Of a stretch of 64,000 bases of DNA, positions 28,743 through 42,000 are shown piece after piece. A model generated the notes under the pieces. The model did no database searches, was not told the DNA's origin, and saw only the letters and a list, made by a program, of their open reading frames with translations. Position 1 is the stretch's first letter; each line of letters opens with the position of its first letter. The translations under genes and the position numbers were made by a program. Source of the stretch: Octopus vulgaris (Eukaryota); contig OX597820.1 of assembly GCA_951406725.2 (NCBI GenBank), positions 9,548,001 through 9,612,000 on the forward strand. The letters are read 5' to 3'.

Positions 28743-30709
28743 AGCTTCTTTCAGTTTCCATCAACCAAATCCACTCACAAGGCATTGGTCAGCCCAAGGC
28801 TATAGTAGAAGACTCTTGCCCAAGGTGCCACGCAGTGGGACTGAACCCGGAACCATGTGGTTCGTAAGCAAGCTACTTACCACACAACCACTCCTATGCC
28901 TATGTTATTTATTTACTTCTATACATTGGTCTGTGTCAAATGTACGAAATATAGGAACAACACAATCCATGCTGCTGCACTGGGATGTCGATTTATTTAC
29001 TGAAAAGACAACATTTCATTCAGCTGATACTCTTAGAGTCATATTTACCAAACTACTACATGCATAGCTCTTTTTACTCCTTTACTTGTTTCAGTGATTT
29101 GACTGCGGCCATGCTGGAGCACAGCCTTTAGTCGAGCAAATCGACCCCAGGACTTATTCTTTGTAAACCTAGTACTTATTCTATCGGTCCCTTTTGCCGA
29201 ACCGCTAAGTTACGAGGACGCAATCACCAGCATCGGTTGTCAAGCGATGTTGGAGGGGACAAACACAGACACACAAACACGCACACACACATATATATAT
29301 ATACGACGGGCTTCTTTCAGTTTCCGTCTACCAAATCCACTTACAAGGCTTTGGTTGGCCTGAGGCTATAGTAGAAGACACTTGTCCAAGGTGCCACGCA
29401 GTGGGACTGAACCCAGAACCATGTGGTTGGTAAGCAAGCTACTTACCACACAGCCACTCCTCTTCATTTGTCATTTCCAAATCAGCCAGAATCAAATCAA
29501 TTCTATAAATGTTTCCCCAGTGCAACATAAAATCAACCAAGCGTATCAGACTGTTTACTAATCTCTACATATCTGTTTAGTTTTTAACCAGTTCTTATCT
29601 ACTATTTAAGCTTAACTCTATGTGTGTGTGTGTGTGTCTGTGTTAGAGTCAGTAAAAATATTGCAGCAATAAAAAATATATAAAACTGCTAAAAATAACA
29701 AACAGGGATAAAAAAAATAGTCTGAGATAAACTTAAAAATTTGAAGGAAATTACTAGAAGCCAAGTTGGAAAATAGGGGCTGGGGGATATGGAATAGGAA
29801 AACCATTTCCTTACCTTCAAAAAAGAATCTTTCTTTGACATCAACAGGTCTGCAAGACCAACAGAATCAGATTCTTCCATGCCTTCAAACACAAACTGGA
29901 AACAAACAAACAAAAAAAGTAGTTATTAAGAACAGCAATACATATCAATGACAGAATAGAAGGAATAAAGGTGGATTAAAGTTTAATTAAGGTGTGAAGA
30001 AAAAAAAAAAAGAATCTAATGTCTTACTTTTAAATTGACAGGAATGTCAATTTTCTGATTTTGGAATGCTTCAATAGTATTCAACCAACCAAGAACTGGT
30101 CCCTGAAATTATAAAGAAATATATACATATTAACCCATTAGCATTTAAACCGGCCATATCCGGCCAAAAATATTCTATCTGTTTTATGTTCAAACTAGCC
30201 CTATCTGGTCTCTCACACCAACCCTACAATATTGTTTTAAAAATTAACAGCTATCTCATCAAAATCTCATAGCTACAAGATAATGAATGATTAGTTCAAA
30301 ACAATGTGGATGAAGAAGCATTAATTTTGGCAGAATAATGTGAACATTAAAGGGTTAAAGAATATACAATTCAAAAAGTAAAATGGTTCCGGGTTGGAGG
30401 AGGAATAATAATAATAATAATCACCACCACCACCACTATCATTTAATGTCTGGTTTCCATGCTGGCATGGGTTGGACAGTTTGATAGAAGCTGGCCAGGC
30501 AGGAGCCTGTATCAGACTTCTGTGTCTGTTTTGGTATGATTTTTACAGCTGGATGCCCTTCCTAACATCAACCATCCAGCAAGGAGAAAATATCATCTCC
30601 CATAGACTGTGGTTAACAAATGCTTTGTGAGTGGAAACTGGTCAATGGAGACCATTTAGAAGCTCATCATGTGTATGAATGTATGTTGCCATCTACATGC
30701 TGACAAATG

Positions 30710-30740
<31 letters not shown>

Positions 30741-33700
30741 TATGTTAGCAAGGCTGATAAATCAGTGGATTAAACAAAAATACCTTGTGGTATTTAGTCC
30801 GTTAAGTTAATGCACCCTGTGAAAGTGCATGGCTTAGTGGTCAAAGGCATTTGGCTCACAATCATAAGGCTGTGAGTTGATTTTCCTGGTGGCACATTGC
30901 TTCCTTGAGCAAGACACTTAATTTTCACATTGCTTCAGTCCATTCAGCTAGCAACAATGAGCTGTACCTGTAATCTAAAAGGAACCAGCCTTCTCACATC
31001 CTGTGTCACGCTGAATCTCCTTGACAACTACATTAAGGGTTCCATACAATATTTTTGTCTACCAAATCCACTCACAAGACATTGGTCGGTCCAGTTCTAT
31101 AGTAAAAAAAAACACTTGCCCAAGGTGCTCTGCAGTGAATTTGAACCTGATACCAGGTTGACAGTAAGCAAACTTCTCAACCAACTCAACCATGCCTGCA
31201 CCTGTTTTTCTTTTTTTTAATTTCCCACAAATTCACTCATCCAGAAATGAAGTACCCAGCTTACCTTATCATCAGTTGATCCTCTCCCATATAACTTGCC
31301 ATCAATTTCTGTTAAAACAAATGGCTCTGTATCCCAGCCATCGGACTAATAAAGAGAAAAAAAATCACAAATTTAGTAATTATTCAATTTCAAGCAATGA
31401 AGTCATAACATTATTAACACTTGACGGATATTTGTCCTCATCTTCCTTGTTGTTAACACAATGTTTCAGGTGTTATACCCTCCAGCCTTCATCAGGAGTC
31501 TTGGGGAAATTTCGAACCTGGGTTCTCATTCCTAAAGTATTTTTCGATGTTGTTGTTATTTATTATTATTATTATTATTCAGGTCACTGCCTAGAATCAA
31601 ACTATAGGCATGTGGTGTAGTATTTAAATGTATGAGCTACTAACCCCAAGATTCCGAGTTCGATTCTAGGCAGTGACCTGAATAATAACATCGAAAAATA
31701 CCTTAGGAATGTGAACCCAGGTTTGAAATTTCCCCGTGACACCTGATGAAGGCTGGAGGATATATCAGCCAAAACGTTGTGTTAACAACAAACAAGATGA
31801 GGAGAAATATCCGTCAAATGTAAATAATGTACATAATTCCTCATCTCTTAAATATAGAACTGAATGAAGTCATAAATTAAACAGAGAAAATCAGTAACAC
31901 AGCAGAACTCTGTTCATTCATCACCTTCATTGTTTAACATCCATTTTTCCATGCTTCCATTGATCAGACGGAATTTGCTGAGCAAGATTTTCTACAGCTG
32001 GATGCGCTTGAGAGGTAATAGTTTTGCATGACTAGATACGTTTCCACGGAAGATTTGAAACGAAAGACACTGCTTACGTAACAGTGACACTCGTTTACAA
32101 CTATCATGCAAGGGCACATTCACAGACACACACGAGAGGTTTCTTTCAGTTTCCATCTACCAAATCCACTCACAAGGCTTTGGTCAGCCAAGGGCTACAG
32201 AAGACACTGGTCCACGGTGCCTCGCAATGAAACAGAACCTGAAACCATGCTGTTAGGAAGCAAACTTCTTCACGCAGCCACGCCCGCACCTACACAAAAA
32301 CACGCAAATTTTCATTAACTGGCGTTAAGTCATGCGAATTGCTTGTGTTGATAAGACTAACTCTCTCCTTGTATAGAATATTTCCTTCCTGTTCTTTGTT
32401 CCCAGTAAGAAACAGGCTTCAAGCAGAAGCAACGAGCTTTCACTGAGTTTGTGATGAAGGCAGATAGCATAAACGACAGTGGAGGCGCAATGGCCCAGTG
32501 GTTAGGGCAGCGGACTCGCGGTCGGAGGATCGCGGTTTCGATTCCCAGACCGGGCGTTGTGTGTGTTTATTGAGCGAAAACACCTAAAAGCTCCACGAGG
32601 CTCCGGCAGGGGGTGGTGGCTACCCCTGTTGTACTCTTTCGCTCCAACTTTCTCTCACTCTCTCTTCTTGTTTCTTGTCCCCGACTTCCTACGCAACCGC
32701 TGAACCTGGATGCGCATTCATCCATCTGTCAATGCTCTCGGTGTCGGGGGTTGACATGCTTTCTCTTCTGCGGGTCTTACGAATAGCAAAGGACCACGTT
32801 TCGGACTTCTTCCACTACAGGGATGAAGACCGCTTCGCTCAACAACAAAAGCAATGTGCACAGATAGATGAAAGGACCCGCATTGAAGACATGCCACTGA
32901 AGGGGAGACAATCCATTGTGATCACATGAACCACCAGCGAATGAGTAAAATAATCTGAACGGAGAGAAAAGTCGCAATGCAGTACAGGAGATAGTGGAAG
33001 ACTCTGGAACTTGAAAAGCATATGCAGAGTGCGTACCTCAGCAACTGACACCCAACTTCAGCGAAAGAAGAGTGAAGAGCAATGTGCACAAATGGACAAA
33101 AATTTTCAAGTGAAAGAAACCCGCGTTGAAGAGAAGCCAGTTAAAGGGAGACAATCCACTGCGATCACTGACCTAAATCTCCAGCGAGGGGAAAAATTGA
33201 TTTGCACGGAGAGAACTGAACTGTGGTCACAATGCTTTACAGAAGATGTCAGAAGACTTTAGAAATCGAAGAGTGTATGATGCAAAGTGAGTACCATGCA
33301 GCTAAAACCAAATTTGAGGAAGAGAAGGGTGGGAGTCTGCTCTGATCTGTCTGGAAATGTTTCAAGTGAACAAAAACACTTTTTTTTTACCTGATCTGGT
33401 GACAGGGAATGAAACATGAGCAGATCTTTATCACCTGAACATAAAAGCTTTGTCCCTGGAATGGCATCACAGCTCTTCTCCAAGGTTTAAGAATTTCAAG
33501 AGCCAGCAATTGGCACAGAAAGTCATAGTGGCTGTCATTTTGGATGAAAAGGTGTCAGTTTCCTTGATTTTCAGGAACATGGCTTCATCGTGAACAAAGG
33601 ACAGTGTGTTGAGGCTTAGAGAAGCCATGAGGAAGAAGGGAACGAACAAGAACCAGAAAAACAATTGATGTTTACTATGACAATGTGCAACCACACGTCT

Positions 33701-36700
33701 TTGGTGAGAAATCAAGCAATCTGTGAATTGGGCTTGTCAGTGGTCTCTTTGTCCAGTGCCTTTCTGACTTTTGCTGCTCAATCAAACCAAAGACAGTCTC
33801 AGTCTTGGGGACAAAATGAAAGTAGCTTTGAAAAAGTGAACACAACTGTACATGTCTAAATCATTTGTGGCACGTAAAAGACACCATTCAAACGTGATCG
33901 TTATCAGCGTCGCCTTACTGGCACTTGTGCCGGTGGCACGTGAAAAACATTCGAGCGAAGTCATTGCCAGTGTCGCTGGGCTGGCATGTAAAAAACACCA
34001 CTTGAGCGTGGCTGTTGCCAGTACCGCCTGACTGGCCCTTGTGCCGGTGGCTTGTAAAAGCACCCACTACACTCTCAGAGTGGTTGACATTAGGAAGGGC
34101 GTCCAGATGTAGAAACTTTTCCAGATCAGATTGGAGCCTGGTGCAGCCATCTGGTTCGCCAGCCCTCAGTCAAATCGTCCAACCCATGCCAGCATGGAAA
34201 GCGGACATTATACGATGATGATGATGATGAAATTCAAGAGATAGGTTCACCACCACCACCACATATAATGTCAGTCTTTCATGCTGGCATGGATTGGACA
34301 GTTTATCGAGAGGTTTCCAGACTCCAATTCTCTGTTGTGGCATAGTTTCTATGGCTGGATGTCCTTCCTGACGCTAACCCCTTTACAGTGTGCTAGGTGG
34401 CATAAAATAAAGATTAACAGAAATAAACTAAAATAAAACACGTCACAGACCTTATTGGCTGGTTGTACATCAAGATGTCCATACACTACCAAAGTTTTCT
34501 TTTTAGGATCGTTACCAAGTTGTCCAAAAATCACAGGAGGAAGTTTCAGGACTTCTGAGGATGGGTGGACATGGTCTCCAAGTTCCAGTAATTCAGTTTG
34601 AATGTTGAGTTTTTCCATTTCCTTTCAAAGAAAATATAACACAACATCATTACATTAAAACACCTTTATGGTTGGAAAATACAGAGAAGTTCAATAGTTA
34701 GGTCTTGTACCGTATGTATATGATTGTGTGAAGGCAAAGTCACATTTTTCTAACAGGAGGAAAGTGAGAATATTTAACCATTTAGCATTCAGATTTCTGT
34801 CAAATATAATGTTTATTTAATTTATGTTTTGTTGTGTCTGGGGAGAGTCATTTTCTTTTTGTGCCTTATAATTTAACACACTGAGCAGTAAAATTTCCAC
34901 TTATTTTTTAATTTATGTTCTTTTATTCTTTTTTTTTTTGCTTCTGTCATTTGACTTTGGCCATGCTGGAGCACTGCCTTTAGTTGAGCATTTCAACATA
35001 CGACTGTTTTATTCACTACAGACAATTGCCTTAACAACAACAGCAATAATTCTCTCAAATTTCCCAGGACTTATTCTTTGTAAGCCTAATACTTATTCTA
35101 TTGGTCTCTATTGCTGAACTGCTAAATAGTGGGGATGTAAACACACCAGCATCGGTTGTCAAGCGATGGTGGGGGACAAACACAGACACACACATATATA
35201 TCTATGACGGGCTTCTTTCAGTCTTCGTCTACCAAATCCACTCACAAGGCTTTGGTTGGCCTGAAGCTTTAGTAGAAGACACTTGCCCAAGGTGCCACAC
35301 AGTGGCAGTGAACCTGGAAGCATGTGGTTGGGAAGCAAGCTACTTACCACACAGCCTTGTTTGTTTTGAATTATTCATTCTCTTTGTGGTTTCAAGGTTT
35401 CGATGATGTGGTTGTTTATTTTTCGAATGACATTGTAGGGTAGGTGTGAGAGGCCGGATCTGGCCAGTTTCGAATATAAAACAGGTAGAATATTTTGGTT
35501 GGGTACAGCTGGCTTAAACGCTAAAGGGCCAAGATGTGAATCCTGCATGAGAACCATTCGTTAATTTTTTTTTATCCTTACAGATACTCAGACAAATTAA
35601 TCTCTCTCTCTATAGATAAAGCTGAAGTTGCCTGTGTATGGCAGGTTTGGTAGCCTTCAACCAACACTATCTCCTCCGAGACCCTGCGGCGCAAGTTGAC
35701 CAAAATTGAGAGTATGATAGAAGGCTTGCTCTTCATTCCTTAGAAGAAAAAATTCAAATCGGACCATGTTAACACTGAAAATTATTTACATCAAAAACGT
35801 GCTTTTTTACTGTGAAAATCCCAATTTTTTACGATTTTTTGACTGCTGTGTCACCATTTTTCAGTGTATTTCAACCAGAAAAATTCTCACCTAAAGAGAA
35901 TAACAAGCTACATAATGCAAAATTTTTACTTTTCAAAAATTCCAATTCTAAAGGGTCGAAACAGAACCTGAGCAACGCCGGGTGATACTGCTAGTCAATG
36001 GTAAAGTAAAAATGAAATATTTTCTTCAGATTTGCAGAATTAAGAAATCAGTGTAATGTGCCAAACCTCATCAGCCACCACCCTGGTGTCCTCCCTGTGT
36101 CCAGGAGTCAGCTTACTAAGGATCTCCATTTCCCCCTCTGTTTCGCAAACTCATACAATTAGCCAAGTTCCTGTTTCTAGTCCATTCATTGATGTCATCT
36201 GTCCACAAACCTCTCTAACACCTTGCTCTCTTCCCCTTCACATTTCTCATTAGAATTGTCTTGGGAAACAACTCATTGCACAATGTACACCCAGAATATA
36301 ATAGTTTTACTGACTCGGGTGTCAGCATTGGGTGTATTTGGACTCAGTTTTTCTAGTCTCACAGCATTTGTCATTTTATCATCATCATCTTCGTTTAGCG
36401 TCCGTTTTCCATGCTAGCATGGGTTGGACGGTTCTACTGGGGTCTGTGAAGCCAGAAGGCTTCATCAGGCCCAGTCAAATCTGGGCCTGATATATTTATA
36501 TTTCTAGCTTATTTCTGCTCAATCTATGAAAGATCCTCATCCCAAAGGCATTAATTTTCTATTTGATGTTTAGCCTAAAGAAAACCATAAGAGCAGAAAA
36601 AAAAACAAAGCAAACATATAGATTCATTTAAAATGAATAATTATTAATCTAACTACCTCTATTTTCTTGAAAATATATATATAAACCCTGGTTTATCCAA

Positions 36701-37379
36701 TTACCTTACAGCTGAATATTAAATGTAATTTTCAGCAGGATTGAACCAAAAACCACATGGTTAGAAAGCAAGCTTTTCAACCACACAGCCATGACTGTTT
36801 AGCCTAAATAACACTAAAAATGATAAAAAAGTAATATAAATTTATTAAAAATAATTTCTCTTACGGCTTTAGTCCATTCAACCATTCTTCTAACTTCTGG
36901 CCTCAGTTTCACAGACCCAGACACACTTGGAATGGCCACAGCAGTGCCAAGCCGTTTGATAAAACGGTCAGCATTATCATCAATGTACCTGAATAAGAAA
37001 TTAAACAATGTATTAATGATTCTTTGAAGGTAAACAAACATACATATAAATTTTCATCCCAAGATTACATTTACTGTCAGGAAATGGTCATGGCCCTAAG
37101 CTTCTTACAGAAAAATGTGGACTGAATATATATATATATATAGATATATATAATATTTAATATTTTATATTCAACATTTCATCTATTCAATAAGACAATA
37201 CTTCATTTCATTTTACTATATATATATATTATTTATACTATATATTCTATATTCTTCATTAATATATTCTATATTCTTCATTAATATAATAAAGAATATA
37301 AATAAAACATAAAAAACAGAGTTGGAATTTCTTTGAATAATATATATCCCTCTACACACAATCATACAAACCCCTTATT

Positions 37380-37421
<42 letters not shown>

Positions 37422-38966
37422 GCAGCGGGCTGGCAGAATCGTTAGCACACCGGGTGCTTTGTGGTATTTTGTCTATACACACACACACACACTGACTAAC
37501 TCAATTTTATAAATATAGATATTGTCAGTGGATCACATGTCCAAAAGAGATGCTTGACAACTGATGCTGGTGTGTTTATATCCCCATAATTTAGTGGTTC
37601 AGCAATATGGACCAATAGAATAAGTACTAGGCTTACAAAGAATAGGTCTTGGGATCGATTTGTTTGACTAAAGGCAGTGCTCCAGCATGGCCAAAGTCAA
37701 ATGACAGAAGCAAAAAAAAAAGGCAGTAATGTATTTACCTGATATATGCCTCCAGCCACTGGAGTCTGTGAAATCATTGATAAAGCTAAGCGCTTTATGG
37801 ATGTGAAACCATTGGTCACTCTATGACCAGACATATTTAACTTCATGTAAAAATATATAAATATGTATTTATATTCATTTACTATTTTTCAGTCATTTGA
37901 CTGCGGCTGTGCCGGAGCATCACCTCGAAGGGGACCCAATGGACAACTAAGCATGCAGAAGTATGTGGGGGCAATGGAAGGCCTCTTCAGAACTCGTTTT
38001 AATAACCACAAGTCCTCCTTCAACATCCCAGAGAGATGTGATGCCACAGCTCTAGCCAAACACATCTGGACTTTGAAAGAAAGTACCACAGAGTACAGCA
38101 TAAAGTGGAAGATCTTAGAAAATTGCAAACTGTACTTCAATAGCAGCAGGAACTGCAGATTATGCCTGTCTGCGAAGAGAGCAATTTTAAAAGGTACCCA
38201 ATGCCAGGATGTCTACCTGAACAGCAGGAGTGAGGTGTTTAATCTGTATCCACATGAAAGGAAGTACATTCTCTTGTACCTGAACATCCCACGATGACTG
38301 CAACCACAGGTCACCTGCCTTGACCCTCTGCCAATGACCTTCCACCTAATGCCCTCGGGCCCGGCAAAAAGAGTTTGATAAAAGCACACACCAATGCACC
38401 CATGTACACACATATACACCCCTATAAGGTGGACACCCCACAATGTGTCTCCCACCAACCCCAACGCATACCCTTACACACGAATTGTACCCTCTCCCAC
38501 ACACACTAACATAAAAAATTCCTCATGACTGTATCCTTTACAGAAAGAAAACAGACCAATGAACACAGGTATATATACCTATACCCCCTGAAAAAATTAT
38601 GTATATGACATCACTACACACACCCCCCACAGAATCATCATATTAATAATACACACCTCCTCCACTTCAAGATAACTCTTACTGGCTTCACAGAATACCC
38701 AACCAAAGGACATAACTCCTAACCTACCCCACCCCACCAGGCCCATTTTTGCTTCACCACCTTTTTTTTCACAGCAGTCACTGACCAGTTGTGCTAATCC
38801 ACCTCCGATGATAGAAAGCAGTCACCATATTCTCTTCCATATCGGTTAACCCTGATGAGTGTAAAGTTTTATAATCAGATTGTTGCCTAACACTGCATTG
38901 TATTCTTTACACAAAACCAATTGGTAAGATCAGCCGTGATGAACATTTAATAAATATACATTTTGG

Positions 38967-39006
<40 letters not shown>

Positions 39007-42000
39007 CATACACACACACACACTCACAATGCACACACCCAAACAATAACAGATTACATATGCTGAAAAAGGATAATTGCAATTAGACATGTAATTTGGG
39101 GCCATGGTAATTAGACCACACCAATTTGAAACCATTTAACAATTTAATTAGACCACACCAATTTGAAAGCATTTAACGAACCTATCCTGAGCTATTCGTT
39201 CTGAGTATGTATCTTTATGTATCATAATGAAATTATTTTCCCTAATTACTGTAAATCCTCAAGTATAATCCGCATTTTCCTCCCAAAATTTAAAGGTCAA
39301 AATCCCTAGTGCATACTATATACGAGGTTAAAAATGAAAATTATTTTCTAAGCAATGTCCAAGTCTCTATTTGCTGTCCGGCAATGTTTATTCAGACACA
39401 TTTTGTGATGTCGGGTGCGAAAATACCTTAAGCTAAGCCTGAAAGCAATGAAGTCATAAAAGAATCATCCATAACTTGCAGTAAACAACATTTATTAAAC
39501 GTTATTACTGTTATTTCTTTATTTTCTGCAAACAAAAGGCACAAAAAGCTACACATTTGCATTATGCTATATATACAATAATAAAGGACGTTACCGTATA
39601 CGTTTTACAAATCAAGGACATTATATAGACCTCCTTGACTCATCATCATCATCATCGTCGTTTAGCGTCCGTTTTCCATGCTAGCATGGGTTGGACGGTT
39701 CTACTGGGGTCTGTGAGAGAAATTTTTCAGAGGTACAGCCCCCTAAAAATCCCCTGCGTATTATACTCAAGGGTGGACTATACTCGAGGATTTATGGTAC
39801 ACAGTGAATACTGAGGTAAGAGAATGCTTTTCAACCACATGCTTCTGGGTTCAATCCCACCGCATCACACCTTGAGCAAGTGTCTTCTACTATAAACTCA
39901 GGCTGACCGAAGCCTTGTGAGAGGATTTGATAGACGGAAATTGAAAGAAGCCCAATGTAAGTGTGTGTGTCTTTGTCTTGATATTGCGTGATTGTGGTAA
40001 ATGAATCTCATTTCTTTCCAATATTCTGCAAGAACACATCTGGCTGTGAGGACAAACACAAATAAAGACACACACACACACACATACTGCATCTTCCAGC
40101 TTGTCACTCCTTGCTCAGTCACATTTCAAACTTCCTACTTAACTAAGACTTTGGTTTTTGCTAGATTGACTCTAAGGCACTTCAATTTTAGACCTTGCTT
40201 CCACACCTGAAACTTCATCTCTAGTTCTGGTAGTGACTCAGCTATCAGAGCAAGGTCACCAGCATAGAGAAGCTCCCAGGAGCAGCTTGTCTTGAATTCT
40301 TCTGTTATTGCCTGGAGGACTATGATGAATAAGAAGGGGGCTGAGAACTGATCCTTGGTGAACCCCTACTTCTACCCAGAATTCTTCACTATAGTCGTTG
40401 TCAACCCTCACCTTACTGACAGCATCCCTGTACAGGGCTTGTACAGCTCTCACCAACCATTCATCTATCCCAAATTTCTGCATTGAGCACCAGATAAAGG
40501 ATCGGGAGACCCTGTCAAAGGCTTTCTCCATGTCAACGAAAGCCAAATACAGAAGTTTATCCTTGGCTAGGAATTTCTCCTGCAGCCGTCTTACCAGAAA
40601 TATAGCATCAGTGGTACTTATCCCTGACACAAACCCAAATTGCATCTCGTCTAAACTACCTCTCTCCCTAATTAGTTGGGATATGACCCTCTCCATGACT
40701 TTCATCATCTGATCCAACAATTTGATATCTCTCTTATTATTCCTATCTACCTTTGTAGCAGTTAACCATGGTGCTGCTACACCAGTCATTGAGTATGACT
40801 CCCTTATGGTCAACTATTCGGGTGACTAGACTATAGTCTACACTGCCAGATATTTTAAGCATCTCAGCAGTGATTCCAGATGGTCCAGGGGCTTTCCCTT
40901 ACTTCAAAGGAATTATGGAACTAAATATTTACTGGCGCAGACATAGCTGTGTGGGTAAGAAGTTTGCTTTGTAACATCTTGGTCATGGGTTCTGTCCTAC
41001 TGCATGACACCTTGGGCAAGTGTTTTCTACCACAACTGTAGTGCCAACCAGTGCCTTGTGAGTGAATTTGGTTGACAGAAACTGTGTGAAATCCTGACGT
41101 ATGTACGTATATGTGTGTGTTGACAACTGGTGCTGGTTTGTTTATATCCCTATAACTTAGCGGTTCGTCAAAAGTGACCGATGAAATATGTACCAGATTT
41201 AAAAATAAATAGTGGGGACCAATGTGTTCTACTAAAACCGTTCGCTGACAGAAACGAGTAAGAAATTAAAAGACAGAAGTAGGACAAAATAATGTTTGTT
41301 TTCTATTGTTTCAATAAAAAAAAAGGGGCGGTTTCTGATTTAGGAACAAGGTCAGTGATTTTGAGGGGAAGAAATTAATCGAGACCGACAGGTACTAATG
41401 GGATACTAACTAAAAAAAAAAATTAAAAATTACGAAACGCCTTAAACTTATTTAGCCTGTTGTTTATAATTATTTCTATCATATATCACAATATTTTGTA
41501 AAAAAAAAAAAAAAAAAACTAGATTAAAAACAACCAAGAATTCACAAAGGATATTGTCGAGCCCCTTGTATCGGTAAGTCAATATTTCGGGACCCCTAAG
41601 ACGGCAAGCTGGCAGAAACGTTAGCACACCGGGCAGTATTTCGTCTGTCTTTACGTTCTGAGTTCAAATTCCGTCGAGGCTGACTTTGCCTTTCATCGTT
41701 TCGGGGTCGATAAATTAAGTACCAGTTGCGTACTGCGTCACTCTAATCGACTGTCCACCCCCTCACCAAAAATTTCAGGCCTTGTGACTAGAGTAGAAAA
41801 GAACATTTCGGGACCCTTGTATCCCATTAGTACCGACCAATAACGTTCATAGGAATAAAAAGCAGAGTTGACCTTGGTGCGATTTGAACTCAGAACATAA
41901 AGAACTGGAAGAGATATTACAAAGCACTTTTCCGATACCACGCCGAGAAAGTACCGACCACAGTCAGTAAATGAACTTTAAAACTTTAGATCTCTTACAT

